Under the pieces are notes generated by a model, which worked only from the letters and a program-made list of their open reading frames with translations, had not been told where the DNA came from and did not search any database. Both the position numbers and the translations under genes were made by a program. Shown one piece after another: positions 14,641-28,808 of a DNA stretch of 64,000 nt (positions are counted from its first letter, which is position 1; each line of letters opens with the position of its first letter). This DNA comes from Schmidtea nova (lineage: Eukaryota): NCBI GenBank assembly GCA_044892505.1, contig CM097882.1:44950001-45014000 (forward strand), read 5' to 3'.

Positions 14641-15289
14641 CACCCCGGTTGGCCCTACACCAATTGGAGACTCTTTCGGGCCCTTACAAATTTCGAATTA
14701 CACAGCAATTTACAATAACAATTTACCATTTACAAATAACCATACATAATATTATTTAATAAATTATTGAAAATATTGCTATTGAATCCATTACTATGTT
14801 TCCTGTTTTATTTAACAGTAGTTTTCATTTTTAGCACTATAACCGCATGAAGTTATGACGCGAATAAGCGTTTCCCGTCACCAACTGTTGAAAATGACAA
14901 TCAACATCTCCCATCAATAATGTGTTAATATTCTATAATACTAAAAAAATATTTCTGAAATAAGAAAAAAAACCTTTAAAATAAGTATCGAGGTAACCAC
15001 TATCGACTATTTTATTAAATTTATCTTCAATAAAGTTTTATTTTCTGCAGTATATATAAAATTGATGATATATTTCTCCAGCTAACAACAACTTTAGTAG
15101 GACTTACCTTCCAACATTGCAATTTATGATTGGATTATCTTGTAAAACATATTCAGGAATCTGCATTTGAAGATAATTTTATTATTTAACGCATTTGTTG
15201 ACTAGCCAAATTCATGCGATGTAATACCCATACCCATCTATTTTTAGGTATTTTATGTATGAAAGTGCAATACTTTTTTGTGAGTATTG

Positions 15290-16500
15290 ACATGGTGCGC
15301 CAATAAATAGTGAGACTCATAGAAAGAAAGAAATGAACGCGCTTATATTTCGTATTTACAATAAGCAAGTCATTTAGAGTTTAGTTCTCAAAATAATTCA
15401 CATTTGCATCAACACATTTTTTCAGTGTGAAACCAGGTTTTGGAATGCGATTTTGAAAAAATCTTGAAACTTTTTGCCCATAAAATGTGTCACTGCATCT
15501 TTCAAATAATCTTTTGTGGCAAACTAGTGGCCTCATAGGGATTTCTTTAGGTGTTTTAACAAGTAGAATTCCGATGAGGCCAGATCCGGACTGTAGGGAG
15601 GAGAGGAATCACTTAAGTACCCAACTCTCAATTTTGTCCATTGAAATTGCACTTGTGTGAATGGGAACGTTATCATGTAAGTAATAGAGCCCGTACACCT
15701 TCTTTTCCTTCGGAGCTACATTGTTTCTTGCACAATTTTGGAGAAGTAGGAGCTGTTATTCGACCCTCACTTTCTGCAAAATCAGTCAGAATAATGCCAG
15801 TAGCATCTCAAAACACAGTCAAAATTGAGTGTTTTTCTATGACTTGTGGATGACCTTATCTTCTTAGAACAGACCTCTCAAGGCAGTTTACACTTTTCAG
15901 ATTCCCTTTCAGACTGTGGAACATGAAAGGGTGTAATAATATTATCCAAAAAATTCCTTCTAACATGGTTCAACATCTGAAGGTTCTCTTCGCAGCACCG
16001 CAGACATCAATTTTACATTTTAGCAGTTAAAAGGAGTTACGAAGCAACAGGATAATTTTCTTATTCTACTTTCACTGACTAATATATGAACGGTGCATTT
16101 ACTCACATTCAAGCGCATTGTTAGCTCTCTGGTTGTAATTTTCTTCTCACTCTGAACAATTTTTCTCAGGTCGTGCAATATTTTTTTTCGATTTCACAAG
16201 GCTTTCCTGACATTTCTTCGTCATAAACTGAGATTTTACCACTCTGGAAGTAATTGTACCAACGGTAAATTGTTGATTTTGATAAGCACTCATCACGATA
16301 AACAGAACTCAGCTCTGTATTGACTTCTCTACTCTTGCCTTTCATAAAAAGAAAATGAATGACACTGCGATATTGCATGCTTTCTATGCATTTTAAAATA
16401 AGTTCTAAAATTTCTTAATTAAGTAATAACTGATGAAAACAAATATCAGTATATTTACCTTCAGTGCTTATTTACTCACTACTTATTGGGCACAACACGT
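15290..16500 (-). mobile_element. Decayed mariner (DD34D-type) DNA transposon, about 1.2 kb
   Basis: Minus-strand MQYRSVIHFLFMKGK...SKSTIYRWY..F.SG..SVYDEEMSGKP (mariner HTH, 16166-16378); downstream LHDN.P.H and PPYSPDLASSEF catalytic motifs; imperfect TIRs (CCAATAAATAGTGAG near 15300, CTCACTACTTATTGG near 16475). Confidence 0.85.
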
Positions 16501-18051
16501 ATATAATGTCCTAAATGTGTTTGTTATTTTATATACACATTCTGGTGTACGATAATATTCATCCTTAGCAACAAATGCGTTAATGGATAACATCTAAATT
16601 TTTGTGATTATATAAAAATTTTAGTATTTTTTGAATACATCGAGAATTGTTTAATTCCAATAAAATTATTTGAACTATTATGCTCAACTTTAAGTTAAAA
16701 TTTGTAATATTAGAAAACTTCACTAATTATTTTCCCGAAAATGAACAGTAATGATATATAAAAAATATCGAGCATTTTTCATAAATTAAAATGATAAATT
16801 GAACTAAATATCAGATCTCATTTCTCTCAAGATTTTGAAAACCAGATTCTAAGTTATCTGTTTTAGCATAATAATTTCAAATTGAATAATTAACCCTTAG
16901 ATTTTAATAACCCATTTCTCGCTACAATTACTACTCGAAGATCACTTACTTAGGATCATTAATTGGCAACATTTGAAGTAATTCATATGTCATTGCAAAA
17001 TGGCACTACTAAGACCTCGGTTTGGTTGATTATGATCCTATTGTGTCTAGAAATCAATATATTTTTGGATATAATAATTTGAAAGTTTTTTAAAAGTTGC
17101 AATTTAAACTTTAGAAAGAAATTTGAAAACATTGAGAACTTATAAATTACATTAAAACTCATTTTAATAAATTTAAAAGTCTTCTGTTAGTGTTCAGAAA
17201 ATTGGAAAAATAGCTGGGTACCATCAGTGATCATATTTATGATAGACTTGGCTCTTATCAATAAAAAACAAAATAAAAGTTTGATAGGTTCATCGTGGAA
17301 TATAAATGTAATATAACAATAAATAGCATTAGTGAATTGAAAATAAATTGATGATAGCTAACTAGAAATTAAGTGAAATTTTAGTGACACCTTTACAATC
17401 GAAATTCTATTTTGATGTACACAAATTTTAATCGATTTTTTTGAAGTTCAAACAACAAAGCCAAATAAACATTGTACTAGTCATCTGTAAGAACTATGAG
17501 AAGATTAAGTTTAATTCTGTGCAATAAGAAATAAAATGCAGGATAATTATTGAAATTCACATTCACACACACATATATATATATATACTCTATATTAGCT
17601 TGGAGCAATTATTTTGTCTAAATACTTCATCGAAGCATCGGATAGACCATGCTGTATTTAAAGAATATTATAAGATAGTCAAACTTATTTAGTCTTTATT
17701 AACACTTAAATGAAACGATACTTTAAAAATTATATTTCTTGCATGCCAGTATTTACCTAGTTTGAACCAGCATAAAGTGGTATTCATGTCATCCATATAC
17801 GGTTTGAAGTTCCACGAATTACACGCGGTATGTAGTCAATTGACTGCGCACTAACTCAAAATTTACTTCACGCATTTTTTAAATGAAAAAAATTCGGAGT
17901 ATTGTCTAAAGACAACACGACGAATTTAAGGAAAAAGAATAAAGTTTATTATAAAGTAGATTATTATTGGATAATCATGGCTCAGGTTGTTTCTGGGCTC
18001 GATTAAGTGTCTTTGGGGTTTATCGTTTTCGAAAATTCTTTGAATTATTTT

Positions 18052-18516
18052 TGAATAATTTTGGAGATGGATGGCGAAGTATTTACTGAGATTATAAAAG
18101 TATTTAGTGTTACCGGAATCGAATGTGCAGAAATAATCGACATGGATTACACGTTTAGTTTAAACCATACATATGGTTTAATATTTCTCTACAAATAGCA
18201 TCCTGAATCTGTTCCTCCGAACGTCGTAGCTGATACTGGAACTTTAAATGATATTTTTGCACAGCAAGTTATAGCAAATGCCTGTGCTACTCAGGTATTG
18301 TTAAATATTCTTTTCAATCTTGGAGATGACATCAAACTTTTGAAAGGTCTTATTAGCAATTCTGCTTTATATGAGATAGATGATAAAAAATCACTTGGAC
18401 CTAAGGACGAGTATCATTTTATCGAATATATACCAGTTCAATCATCTTTGCAGCAGTTAGTATATTTCTCGAGGCTATTTCGTATCGATAAAAGGTTAAA
18501 AATAAAACAATTATAG
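18052..18516 (+). pseudogene. UCHL5: UCHL5/UCH37-like ubiquitin C-terminal hydrolase (peptidase C12) processed pseudogene
   Basis: One intron-less frame: *IILEMDGEVFTEIIKVF...YGLIFLYK*HP...IFAQQVIANACATQVLLNILFN...DEYHFIEYIP. Catalytic Cys (18283) and His motifs are present, stops fall at both conserved Trp positions (18052, 18196), and the middle is deleted. Confidence 0.8.
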
Positions 18517-20300
18517 AGTTTTAAAAATGGCAATCAATTTTTTCTCTTAAAATTAGCATACAGATAATAAATAACGAATTAAATTATTATTGAACGAAGA
18601 ATTAAGATAATTTTTCATAGTATTAGCGTTTATATAACAAAATTCAAAATCAACAGTTAAAATATATGGTTATTGTACCATTGGTATAGGCGTAGCCAAT
18701 ATGGGTTTATGAGGTTCATTGCTCCCACGCCCACGAGAACAGAGTCTAATGATACAAATGAACCAAGTCAGACAAAGTTCTTTCGATATCTAGTTTGAAA
18801 ATGTTGGTTAAGTGAAAAAAAACCAAAAACAAAACTTGAAAATCACCGTTAAAGTTTCCCTCCGTTCAATTTTAAAGAATGAAATTTTATAGCACCTTTA
18901 CTTAACTTCACTTTTTGAAGATTTAACAAACATACACACATAACCGAAGGAAATGATCTCTGTGTGGTAAAAGCATACTCAAAAATCTAAGTACAGACTT
19001 GACAGTAAGAATAATTGGGGTCGGTATATATTCATACTTGAAACGAAAGCCATGAACTTGGCAAATCCAGACAATGTACCTCACTACTGATAATAGAAAA
19101 ATCCAATTTGAAACAAATTACAAATCAAAACCAATGTGAATTTATATTGATAATATTTATAACAACGAATAGAATAATGACATTTGATATTAAAATTGCA
19201 TATTTTAGGAAAAATATCATGAATCTGTAAATTATGTGAAATTATTGTTTATGAATTTGTCTGAAAAAGTTTAGAGACATTTAAAAAGGAAATCAAAATC
19301 AAAAAAGATAGTTATTATTTCTATGGAAATTAAATGTTTATTTCAATTTGAAACAGTGTATCAAAAGCTTTTTAAAAATATTATCTTAAAAACGCTTCAG
19401 TTTATAACGATAAAGCAATTTAATTTGGAAGATGCGGAATATAAATGGCAGTGATTAATCATTGAATATACTCAATTAATAATGACACCGTTTCAACTGA
19501 GAACGGTTAAAATTATAAAATTATTTTTTAATTTAAATAAATTAATCTTAAAAATTCTATATTCTTTTTTTTTAAAAAAATATATATTTTTTAAGAATAT
19601 TTTTTAAATATTCCCATATTTATAAACAGTATTACTGAAAATGAAGTTCATAATCATCAATTGAAAGTGTTCTAAAACTCAAGTAAAGAACAGACGGTCA
19701 GACTTCTTCAAAGTATGTGGCGTTTCGCCCATGATATTTGAAAATTTTAACGAGTATAGAATAAATATCAATAGAAAAAAATAGTCAACAATCACATCAG
19801 TTAATTTACATAAATTGCAAAAATTGAAGTAAACAAACGCACTCAAAATTCTCACACTCACATATTCACAAACATCAATATGACTGGAAACAACGCTAAA
19901 TCCCATTAATTGACTATGCTCTGAAACTCGAATACAGAGAAGTATTTTCCAAGGTATGTGACATTTCTCCTATGACGTCTGAAAAAACGAGAACAGTACA
20001 AAGAGCAATACAAATCGCCAACAATCACACCAATTAATTCATAAACAAAACAATAATGAGCACAATCTCGTCATTAAATCGAAAAACTGATTTGACAATA
20101 ATTTTTTTTTATTTTGACATTTAAAACTATAAAAATTATCTATCATTCGTTGTTAATATATATGTTGATTTTTTTTTAAAATTGAAGAGCTAAATATTTT
20201 TGATTTATATGCAAGTTAAATATAATTAATTATATGATATCTTTTTAAAAATGAAATCAAAAATACACAAAAATTTCAAACTATTTTATAAAAGATTTTA

Positions 20301-21090
20301 GGATCATGTCCATTATCTGCCACCTAGGTAGCAGATAATACCCATAACATTGAATTTAAAATTATTTATTTATAGATCTATTTATTGATTAATTTGGAAT
20401 AAAAACTATGAAAACTTCCAGAATAGAGATGTTGCTTTCTGTGAGAAATAGGACAGTATCTAAGGTTATTGCCATTCTTCGTGCCAAAGAATTACTGAAA
20501 AGAGCAATGAAATGTTCTTGTTGTGGTGAGTTAATGGTAGAAAGAGAAAGAAAAGACAATATTGATGGTGTTTCTTGGGTTTGCTACAGCAAAGAATGCC
20601 CTAAAAAGAAAACCACAATAAGCATAAGAAATGGGTCTTTTTCTTAGATTTTCGTTTATCACTAGCTGATGTATGGACTTTGGTGTTAATGTGGACTGAG
20701 TCTGTTCAGGTTTGTGATGCCGCCCACAGGTATGAAATAAACAGGAAGTCTGTGAGTGCAGTATATGCAAAGCTTCGAGGGCTTGCATCGGAATATTTAC
20801 TTGCAGATCCTATAAGACTTGGTGGGCCTGGTATTGTCTGCCAGATTGATGAAAGCCTCTTTTGCCACAAACAAAAGCATAATAGGGGAAGTGCAGCTGA
20901 GACTCAAAGCTGAGTGTTTGGGATAGCTGATACCAGCACAACCCCAGCAAAATATTATGTGGAAGTGGTGCCTGATAGATCTGCGAACACTCTCTTGCCA
21001 CAAATTTCTAGAGTATGCCGCCCGGGAACAGTTATTTATAGTGATAAATGGGCAGCATACAAGAGAATAAATCAAAATTTGGAGACTAGT
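20301..21090 (+). mobile_element. Merlin / IS1595-ISXO2-like DDE transposase pseudogene with left end
   Basis: N-terminal CSCC...C..C zinc motif, then GGPGIVCQIDESLF...HNRG, VFG, VPDRSANTLLPQI...PGTVIYSDKWAAY. Frameshift near 20640, stop at 20911-20913, 3' truncated. Subterminal palindrome TTATCTGCCACCTAGGTAGCAGATAA at 20313-20338. Confidence 0.85.
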
Positions 21091-23590
21091 TTTGTGTTTG
21101 TTTTTCCCTCATTAATACCATGCAAGAATTTTGATCCGACACAAAATAAAACCTGCATATTCCCATAAAGTCACATCGAATATTACATATGTATCACTTT
21201 AATTAAATATATAAATAAATTTGATGCATTACAAACTAGGCAAATGAGAAAATCATATCCGTAACCACAATTTAAAATTGTAATGTTATCCCATTCTACT
21301 TATGATATAATGTTTTCAAAATCAATTATACATATAATTCTAAATAATTGAAACAACTTAATTTTTTGCACAATCATTATTTTTCATAAATTTCAAACTG
21401 AATTTGTTTTTAAAATGTCACTAAATTGTATTCTTTACATTAACTTTTCTTAGCATTTTCTGATTCATTTGTAAAATTTAAAAAATTTACTAAATATTAA
21501 TTTATGAAATTCTTAACTCTTACATAATATATTATCATAATACACCATTTCTAAATTCAATCTGCCATAAGCTGAAAACTATGTACACTGTCGGATGCAT
21601 ACACACATACTTAGAAGTGGCATGCAATATAGTCACAAACAACCCCAAAAACAGAAATTAGATACATCCATGTCTATACATACTCACCAAAATTACAAAT
21701 AAGCACAAGACTATTCCTATCAGCCCACAAAAATGTCACGCGAGTGACATAAATTGTCTGGTCATTGAAGATTCAACTTAGAAATGGTGTATCTCATAAC
21801 CAGAATGTATGATGATTCATTTATGCATCATTAATAACATCAATTAATAACTTATTATAAAAATGTTAAAATGCGTTTGTACAACAGCCCAAATATGAAT
21901 CATTTGACGCATTTAAAATTTTAGTTGTATTTCAAAATTTCGTTTTTAGTTTTTTTTCATTTAGTATTAGAACATTAGGGTGGCAAGGTGTAGAGCAAGT
22001 TTAGTGGTCAATTCTGATTAATGTTTAAAGATTTTATGAATCTCGCATACAGAAAGAAAATGTTTTAATGGTCAGATGGTGAAAATATTTTAAAATGTTT
22101 ATAGGATGTTAAAAAATTAAGAAAGTTAAAAATTGAATTTTCAATTTGAATTTGAATTTTTGTGACAATAAAAAGTTTTGAAATTAAATTAAATTTATAA
22201 ATATGCTTTTGATATTTTAAACAAGTATACTAAAAGACAAGAGTCCCTTAAAAAAGTAAAGAATTTTAACAGAAAGAAGCACTGAAAAAAACACTAAAAA
22301 CAGCTTTGGTTGATAAAGCGAAAATATGAATTATTTACAGGGCCATCTTGTCCACTAGGCATTATAAGGATTATGCCAAAGGTTAACGAATTCTTAGGGG
22401 CTTACAAAAAATAAGTATAAGAAAATAATGTTGTAGTGATCTAAAAATTGATTTTTATAACCGTCAATTATTGGTCTATCTATTAAAGCTCTTTTCAATC
22501 TGAGTTGCAATATTTACATAAGGATTCATAATTTTTTTTGGTTTATAAGTAATTTCGGTGGAATTTTGGTTTTGAATCTGACTTCACAACCCAACAAAAA
22601 ACAAAGTGTATTTTACAACAAACACAAATTATCAATAATTCATCGATAACTTTGATGTAATTTTGTTTATAATTGATTAGCAAAGTTGTCCAATAGTCAA
22701 CTTCTTTTAAGAATTATACTTTGGAGTAGTATCAAGTAATTTATTTCAATACTGTGGGACTTTTTTTTGATAACTACGGTTAATTTATTAAGTCTTTTTT
22801 ATTTTTGATGAAAGTAAACAATCCTCCCTTATTTTAAAATAACCTGTTTATTTAACTACTTCAATTAATTTAATTTGATGTATTTACTTTTTGATTTGTT
22901 TATGTTTAAATTGGTTAACCATAAAATTTTCTTTATCAATAAAATTATCTTTCCAGCTATGATTATTTTTCTTAATATCTACTAGTGCGACAATATTGAT
23001 AAAAATGAGGCAAATTTTGCTTTATCAAAATTAGAAAGTGATTGCGAGAACATCAAATTTATTATCCCCAAACCACCAAAAATGGTGTCAGAAGTGTGAT
23101 GATATCGTACCTTTCGTATCATTAGGTTGACGAAATACACCTAGTACAACAGGATCATTACTAACTCAATTACTTTTTGGTACAGCTGCATCTTTGCCAG
23201 GCCAACTTGTATTTTAGTAACAAAAAAAAAATAATAACATAAATATTAAAAATAACTTAATCTTTAAATAATATTTTTTCTGCAATCTTACAAGTATATT
23301 GGTATAATAGTGTAAGTTCTCGGTAAATTAACTATCCTAAATTCATAAATTTGAGCTTATCTGAGATTATTAAAATATGATAGGGCTTGCTAATAGAAAT
23401 TTATAATAGTAGCAGTTATAATAATGCTATTTAAGCTAAATCACAATTCGAACTACAATGAATGTTTTCTTAAAACGATGGAATGCATTAAGGGCCTACA
23501 ACCTACGGCCATGATTGTATAAGTGGCATTATTTTTGATTATCATTCTAAATATGGACTTATCGAAAATACCAATGTGATCTCTATAGAC

Positions 23591-25512
23591 CATAGGTTCT
23601 CAACTTGTTTCGGGCGCTAACCCGTTTTTATTAAAGCCAAGTGACCCGCAATCCTGACACAATCTAAAACAGCATTTTAATAAGGTAATGAAAAAGCAAA
23701 TAGATTTTTAGTATAACTTTATTTTATGTTTAATAAAAAATTTAATGTGGTGGTTGACAATGCATGTTATTAATCAGCCTCGAAATTCGCGGTTGGGTTT
23801 TTGTTAACGCCAACCTCATATCGTTCTCAATATTTAATTTATTTCTATCTTTCGTTTTTAAACGAAGAAGAGTTGAAAATCCACTCTCGCAGAAATATTT
23901 AGAAACCAATGGAACTAAAAGTCAAAAGGCAAGCATTGCCACATTTGGGTATGAATGATACATAACACAGCAGAATTGTGTGAGCAATTTTTCACTAAAC
24001 AAGTAACGTGCCGAGGAATTATTCCGCAAATCTAAGAATTCATCTTGTAATTCATCTGGAATGCTGAAAACATCAAGGGAAGCAGAGAATGGATTCCGTG
24101 TCAGTGCGGTTTCTTTTTCTTTCAGCTCAGTGAAGTAACGCTGGAGCTCGTTTTCAAGGGATTCGAAATGCCCGATAATCTCTTTTAAATTTTCATGTAT
24201 TTCACTTTTACTGGAATCATCTAATACACTGCAGAGTTTCTCAAACATGGCAATATTTCCAAGATTTATTTATCTTCGCCAGTTTTCAAGCTTGGATAAA
24301 AAGGCCCTGAGATTATCGTGAAATACGATAATATTAGTTTCCTTTCCCTGAAGTTTCAAGTTAAGTCTATTTTGTTGTTCTAATATATCTGCTAGATATG
24401 CTACTCTTTTCAACCAAGCTTTATTATTAAAGTATTCCAAAAGGTCATGTTTCACTTGCACTTCCAGGAAAAACTTGATATAATCTTTCAATTCAAAGAC
24501 TAGATTCACAACATTTCCTTTTGACAACCAGCATACTGCAGTGTAGAAAAGAAGGACTTCGTGATCAGAATCCATATCTTTGAATAATTCTTTAAACAGA
24601 CGGGTGTTAAGAGCTCCACATTTGATAAAATCTACGATTTTTATCAGCGAATCAAGTACCTCTTGCAGAAGAGTTGGAAGAGTCTTGCTGTCAAAGGCAT
24701 ACCGGTGAATCATACAGTGGATTCCCTTTGCTTGAGGAGCTAGCTCTTTTACTTTTTTCTGAAAACCCGATTTTGACCCAAGTATAGATGGTACATAATT
24801 TGTACAAACTCCAGAGACATTTTCCCACTTTAATACTCCACTCTCAAAAAACGTATTTATCTTCTCCATAATATCTTCGCTCTTTGTAATATTTTCAAGT
24901 CCACTACAAAATAGGAACTCCTCTTTGATATCATCTGAAGAAATATATTTCAAAGACAAGCAACTGAGAGCACGAGCTTATATCAGTTGATTCATCGACT
25001 TGGAAAGAAATGTTTGGCGAAACCTTGATTTCATTCAAAATCTGCTATTTGACGTCTGCTGAAATGTCTGATATACGCCGCTGAATAGTATTATCGGACA
25101 GATATTCGTCGCATCTTTGCTTCACTGGAATTCCCAAGAATTAATTTCACCATCTTCAATATGCAGGGTTTGATGAGTTTTTTCCCAATTGTGCGAGGTT
25201 TCTTTCGCTTGGCAATTTCCAATGCGACTTCGTATGATGCTTGCACCAGCGCTGTGCTTTCTTGCTGCAAAATTCAAGTTTGATCAAATCTCTGACGTTT
25301 GCAACTAGTTTCATATCGACGAAAGAACTCCAAATCCTTTTGAGTGTGTTCTGAATGCTTCGTCTCTGACGTTTCATTTTTTAAGGTTTCATAGACTCGT
25401 GACTAAGAACAACTTTGCATAATACACATTGTGGATTTTCTATTCCATTACTAATCAAATTAGTAAAGCCGAATTTGAGATATTCTTCTGAATATTTACG
25501 TTTCTTTTCCAT
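23591..25512 (-). mobile_element. hAT Charlie/SPIN-group (ZBED5/FAM200-like) transposase pseudogene
   Basis: Minus strand begins MEKKRKYSEEYLKFGF...PQCVLC at 25512; fragments with EEFLFC, HCMIHR, LLFYTAVCWLSKG, AYLADI, LNLKLQG, LTRNPF; end motif CATAGGTTCTCAAC at 23591; several stops and frameshifts. Confidence 0.9.
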
Positions 25513-26981
25513 TGCTAGGGAAAGAAAAATTTTACGCTACGTAAATAATAATGTTCCTGAAAACTAAACGAATGAAATATTGAAATTCTATGTAAAATGT
25601 TTGTTTAAGCCAATCCCACGTATGTATGTATGAAGTGTTTTTAAAAATGAAACAACTGCAAACGCACACGGCAACCGAATTTTCCGAACAACAAACCAAT
25701 ACTGAATAGGCTTGTAATGGCCAGAGTTTAGAGATAGTGAGTACTTAGTTTTGTAGAAATTTGAAGTTTGAAATTTGTAGGTTTTTAGCTATTTCATATC
25801 TAAGATAATATCAAAGTGAATAAAAATTTGTTTTTCTCAAACCAATACTGACTGATTATTGTGTACTTAATATTTTAAGAACAAAAGCTATGATGAGAAC
25901 ATCAATTGTTAATGTATTAAGGAAGCATGAGGTCATTGACGCTGATGAAATTGAAAAAAATTAAAATTTAATGTAATCATTAAATTCCCCCTGTATATAA
26001 ACAACAGAGATTTAAGAAGATAAATTGAGGTAATTTTAATAATTAGTCGACTAAATTGGATTCTGGGAATAATTTGATATATTCAGGATTATATGAGAGT
26101 TTTGATACTCACAAATCGTTATCGATTCCAATGTTAATTTAATATTCCCGATGTTTTCAAGGAAAATTACGTCAGTGATATTATTGTCATATTGAAGCCA
26201 GTGAAAAAGATTAGAGTCGAATTTCCGTTTTTACTTTACTTATTCATAATATCTAGGATCAACTTGATTTTACAAATAGAATTGTGTTACAATGATTGTA
26301 TGATTTCTGTTATTTTTCAATATGATATTTCTATTATTCTTCATAGTACAACTAAATCTCATCAACACAAAAATAAATTTAACGGAATTAGCGATACTTG
26401 TGTAGGATTAATATATTACGTAGACAGCGGAAGTTTATATCAATGGGCAACGAATTAATATTAAATTACTAATACCTCAGGTCATGTGAATTATTAATAT
26501 TCTTAAGAATATGAACGAAGAAATCATTTAATTATTAGTTTACAAAGTAGAAGTAATGATAAAATATAATGTTTCAGAAAAAGTTTCTTACGTGGATTAA
26601 AGCAGTGGAAACAAATAGAAAGATCGGATGTTCCTATTAAAATTTTATTTTTGTTTGTTTTAAAAAAATTTTGCCTAAAAATTCAAATAATTAAATAGCA
26701 CTAGGGCATTTATTACCGGTAAATAAATTTCTAAGTACCTGTAATTTCAGTAAATTATTTTTCACTTTTTAATGTATTATATAATAATATTTTAATAATT
26801 ATTATATATAATATTTATAATAATAATAATATTTCGTGTTTTTATTTTGTTTATGTTATACAGAAATGTCCAATGTTATTAAAAAATTAATTTTATTTAT
26901 AATATATTACACACGTGCATAAAAAATATTTCATTTTTTATTCTTCTTTTCTCCGATAATATTTTATATATTTACGAAACC

Positions 26982-27181
26982 ATGGAAAATTTTAAAGGGT
27001 GAAAAACAATATAAAATCTGTTTGGCATTACTTTAAATGCACAAAAGATAAGAATGCAGGTGTTTGTAATATAAACCAATGTGGAAAATTAATCAAATGT
27101 ATTGGAGGATATAGAAGCGCTTTATATGCTCACCTAAAACTGAAACATAACATGAATTTATTAAAAACGAGAACAGGCTAA
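26982..27181 (+). mobile_element. hAT-type BED zinc-finger remnant
   Basis: KSVWHYF...GVCNINQCGKLIKC...SALYAHLKLKH; candidate TAGGG left end near 26702. Confidence 0.6.
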
Positions 27182-28669
27182 ACCTCTTTCAAGTGAAGTA
27201 ACAATATATAAAGAAACTAAGCATATAAATAAGTCTTCGACATAACGAGATATTTTTATAATATAGCATTTTTTTATTATATCAAATATTTGATGAAAGC
27301 ATATCAAACATATCACATATAAATGAAAGCGTAAAACTCTAAAACTGGATAAATCGAATTTTGTTTACAAAATTATTTAAGATCTGAAATTATATATAAA
27401 TTTCATATTTGCTGATGCGATTGTATAAATAAAGGTTTTAATTATTATTTAATATATAAACAATAAAATTAGTAAATGTCTTCTCTAATTGACAATAATA
27501 ATTAATTAATGTTTATTCAGCAGCATTTTTAAAATTTCATTATTTATAATGATTCTACAAGTCTCAAAGTGAATTAATATCAAAAACTGTAAATACCAGA
27601 ATTTTCTAGGAAAATATTTATAAATATAACTACCAGCGTTAATTTAAATTATAAATAAAATATTTTGGGAGAAATATTTTTCTTATTCATAGATTTTGTG
27701 AATTGTCGAAATTTCAAACTTGATCCATTGCTAGAAGACCATATGAGAATAAAACGAAATTAAAAACAAAAAACGAAAACGATTTTAAAATTTATTAGAA
27801 AATCCTTTATAGATTTGGGAAAAATAAAAATATAATTCAAAAAAGTTGGTATTCAAATAAACTGATTTTTTTGAAATTGAATTCTTCAGATTAAATTTCA
27901 AACTTTAGAAATAATAATAAAAAAATGACAATGATTTAATAATATATAAACGCCAACTAATTATATTGTACATAAACGCGATTAATGAAGAAACTTTGAC
28001 TCTCTAATAGAGAGTTTTTTAAAAATCATATAGTCTATGATTTTTTAAATTTTTTTAAAAAAGGACGCTCTAATTACTTAAAATTATTAATAATAATTTT
28101 AAATTTTATTTAATATATCTCAAGAATAAATCTTAAATTGTTTTAATAATAAACATTAAATCAGAATTCGGGAGAAAGAAAATATCCAGAAAGAAGTGAA
28201 AAGTCAATTGGAAAGAATTTCACATTGGAGTGATCAGGATCTTTTTAAGATCGAAATATTTCATTTAAATAAACATTGCTTNNNNNNNNNNNNNNNNNNN
28301 NNNNNNNNNNNNNNNNNNNNNNNNNNNNNNNNNNNNNNNNNNNNNNNNNNNNNNNNNNNNNNNNNNNNNNNNNNNNNNNNNNNNNNNNNNNNNNNNNNNN
28401 NNNNNNNNNNNNNNNNNNNNNNNNNNNNNNNNNNNNNNNNNNNNNNNNNNNNNNNNNNNNNNNNNNNNNNNNNNNNNNNNNNNNNNNNNNNNNNNNNNNN
28501 NNNNNNNNNNNNNNNNNNNNNNNNNNNNNNNNNNNNNNNNNNNNNNNNNNNNNNNNNNNNNNNNNNNNNNNNNNNNNNNNNNNNNNNNNNNNNNNNNNNN
28601 NNNNNNNNNNNNNNNNNNNNNACCTTTGATCTTTTTTATTATTATTATCAATAATTCTCATAATGATGA

Positions 28670-28808
28670 CTATAGATCAAAATTTTTTTTTAAACAATAC
28701 CACAATATTTCGGCACAGCCTTTATCAAGTGTGTATTTCATACACACTTGATAAAGGCTGTGCCGAAATATTGTGGTATTGTTTAAAAAAAAATTTTTTG
28801 ATTTATAG
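28670..28808. repeat. Near-perfect ~140 bp foldback palindrome with a 3-nt loop
   Basis: Arms CTATAGATCAAAA...CGGCACAGCCTTTATCAAGTGTGTAT - TTC - ATACACACTTGATAAAGGCTGTGCCG...TTTGATTTATAG; the right arm runs into an N gap. Confidence 0.85.
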
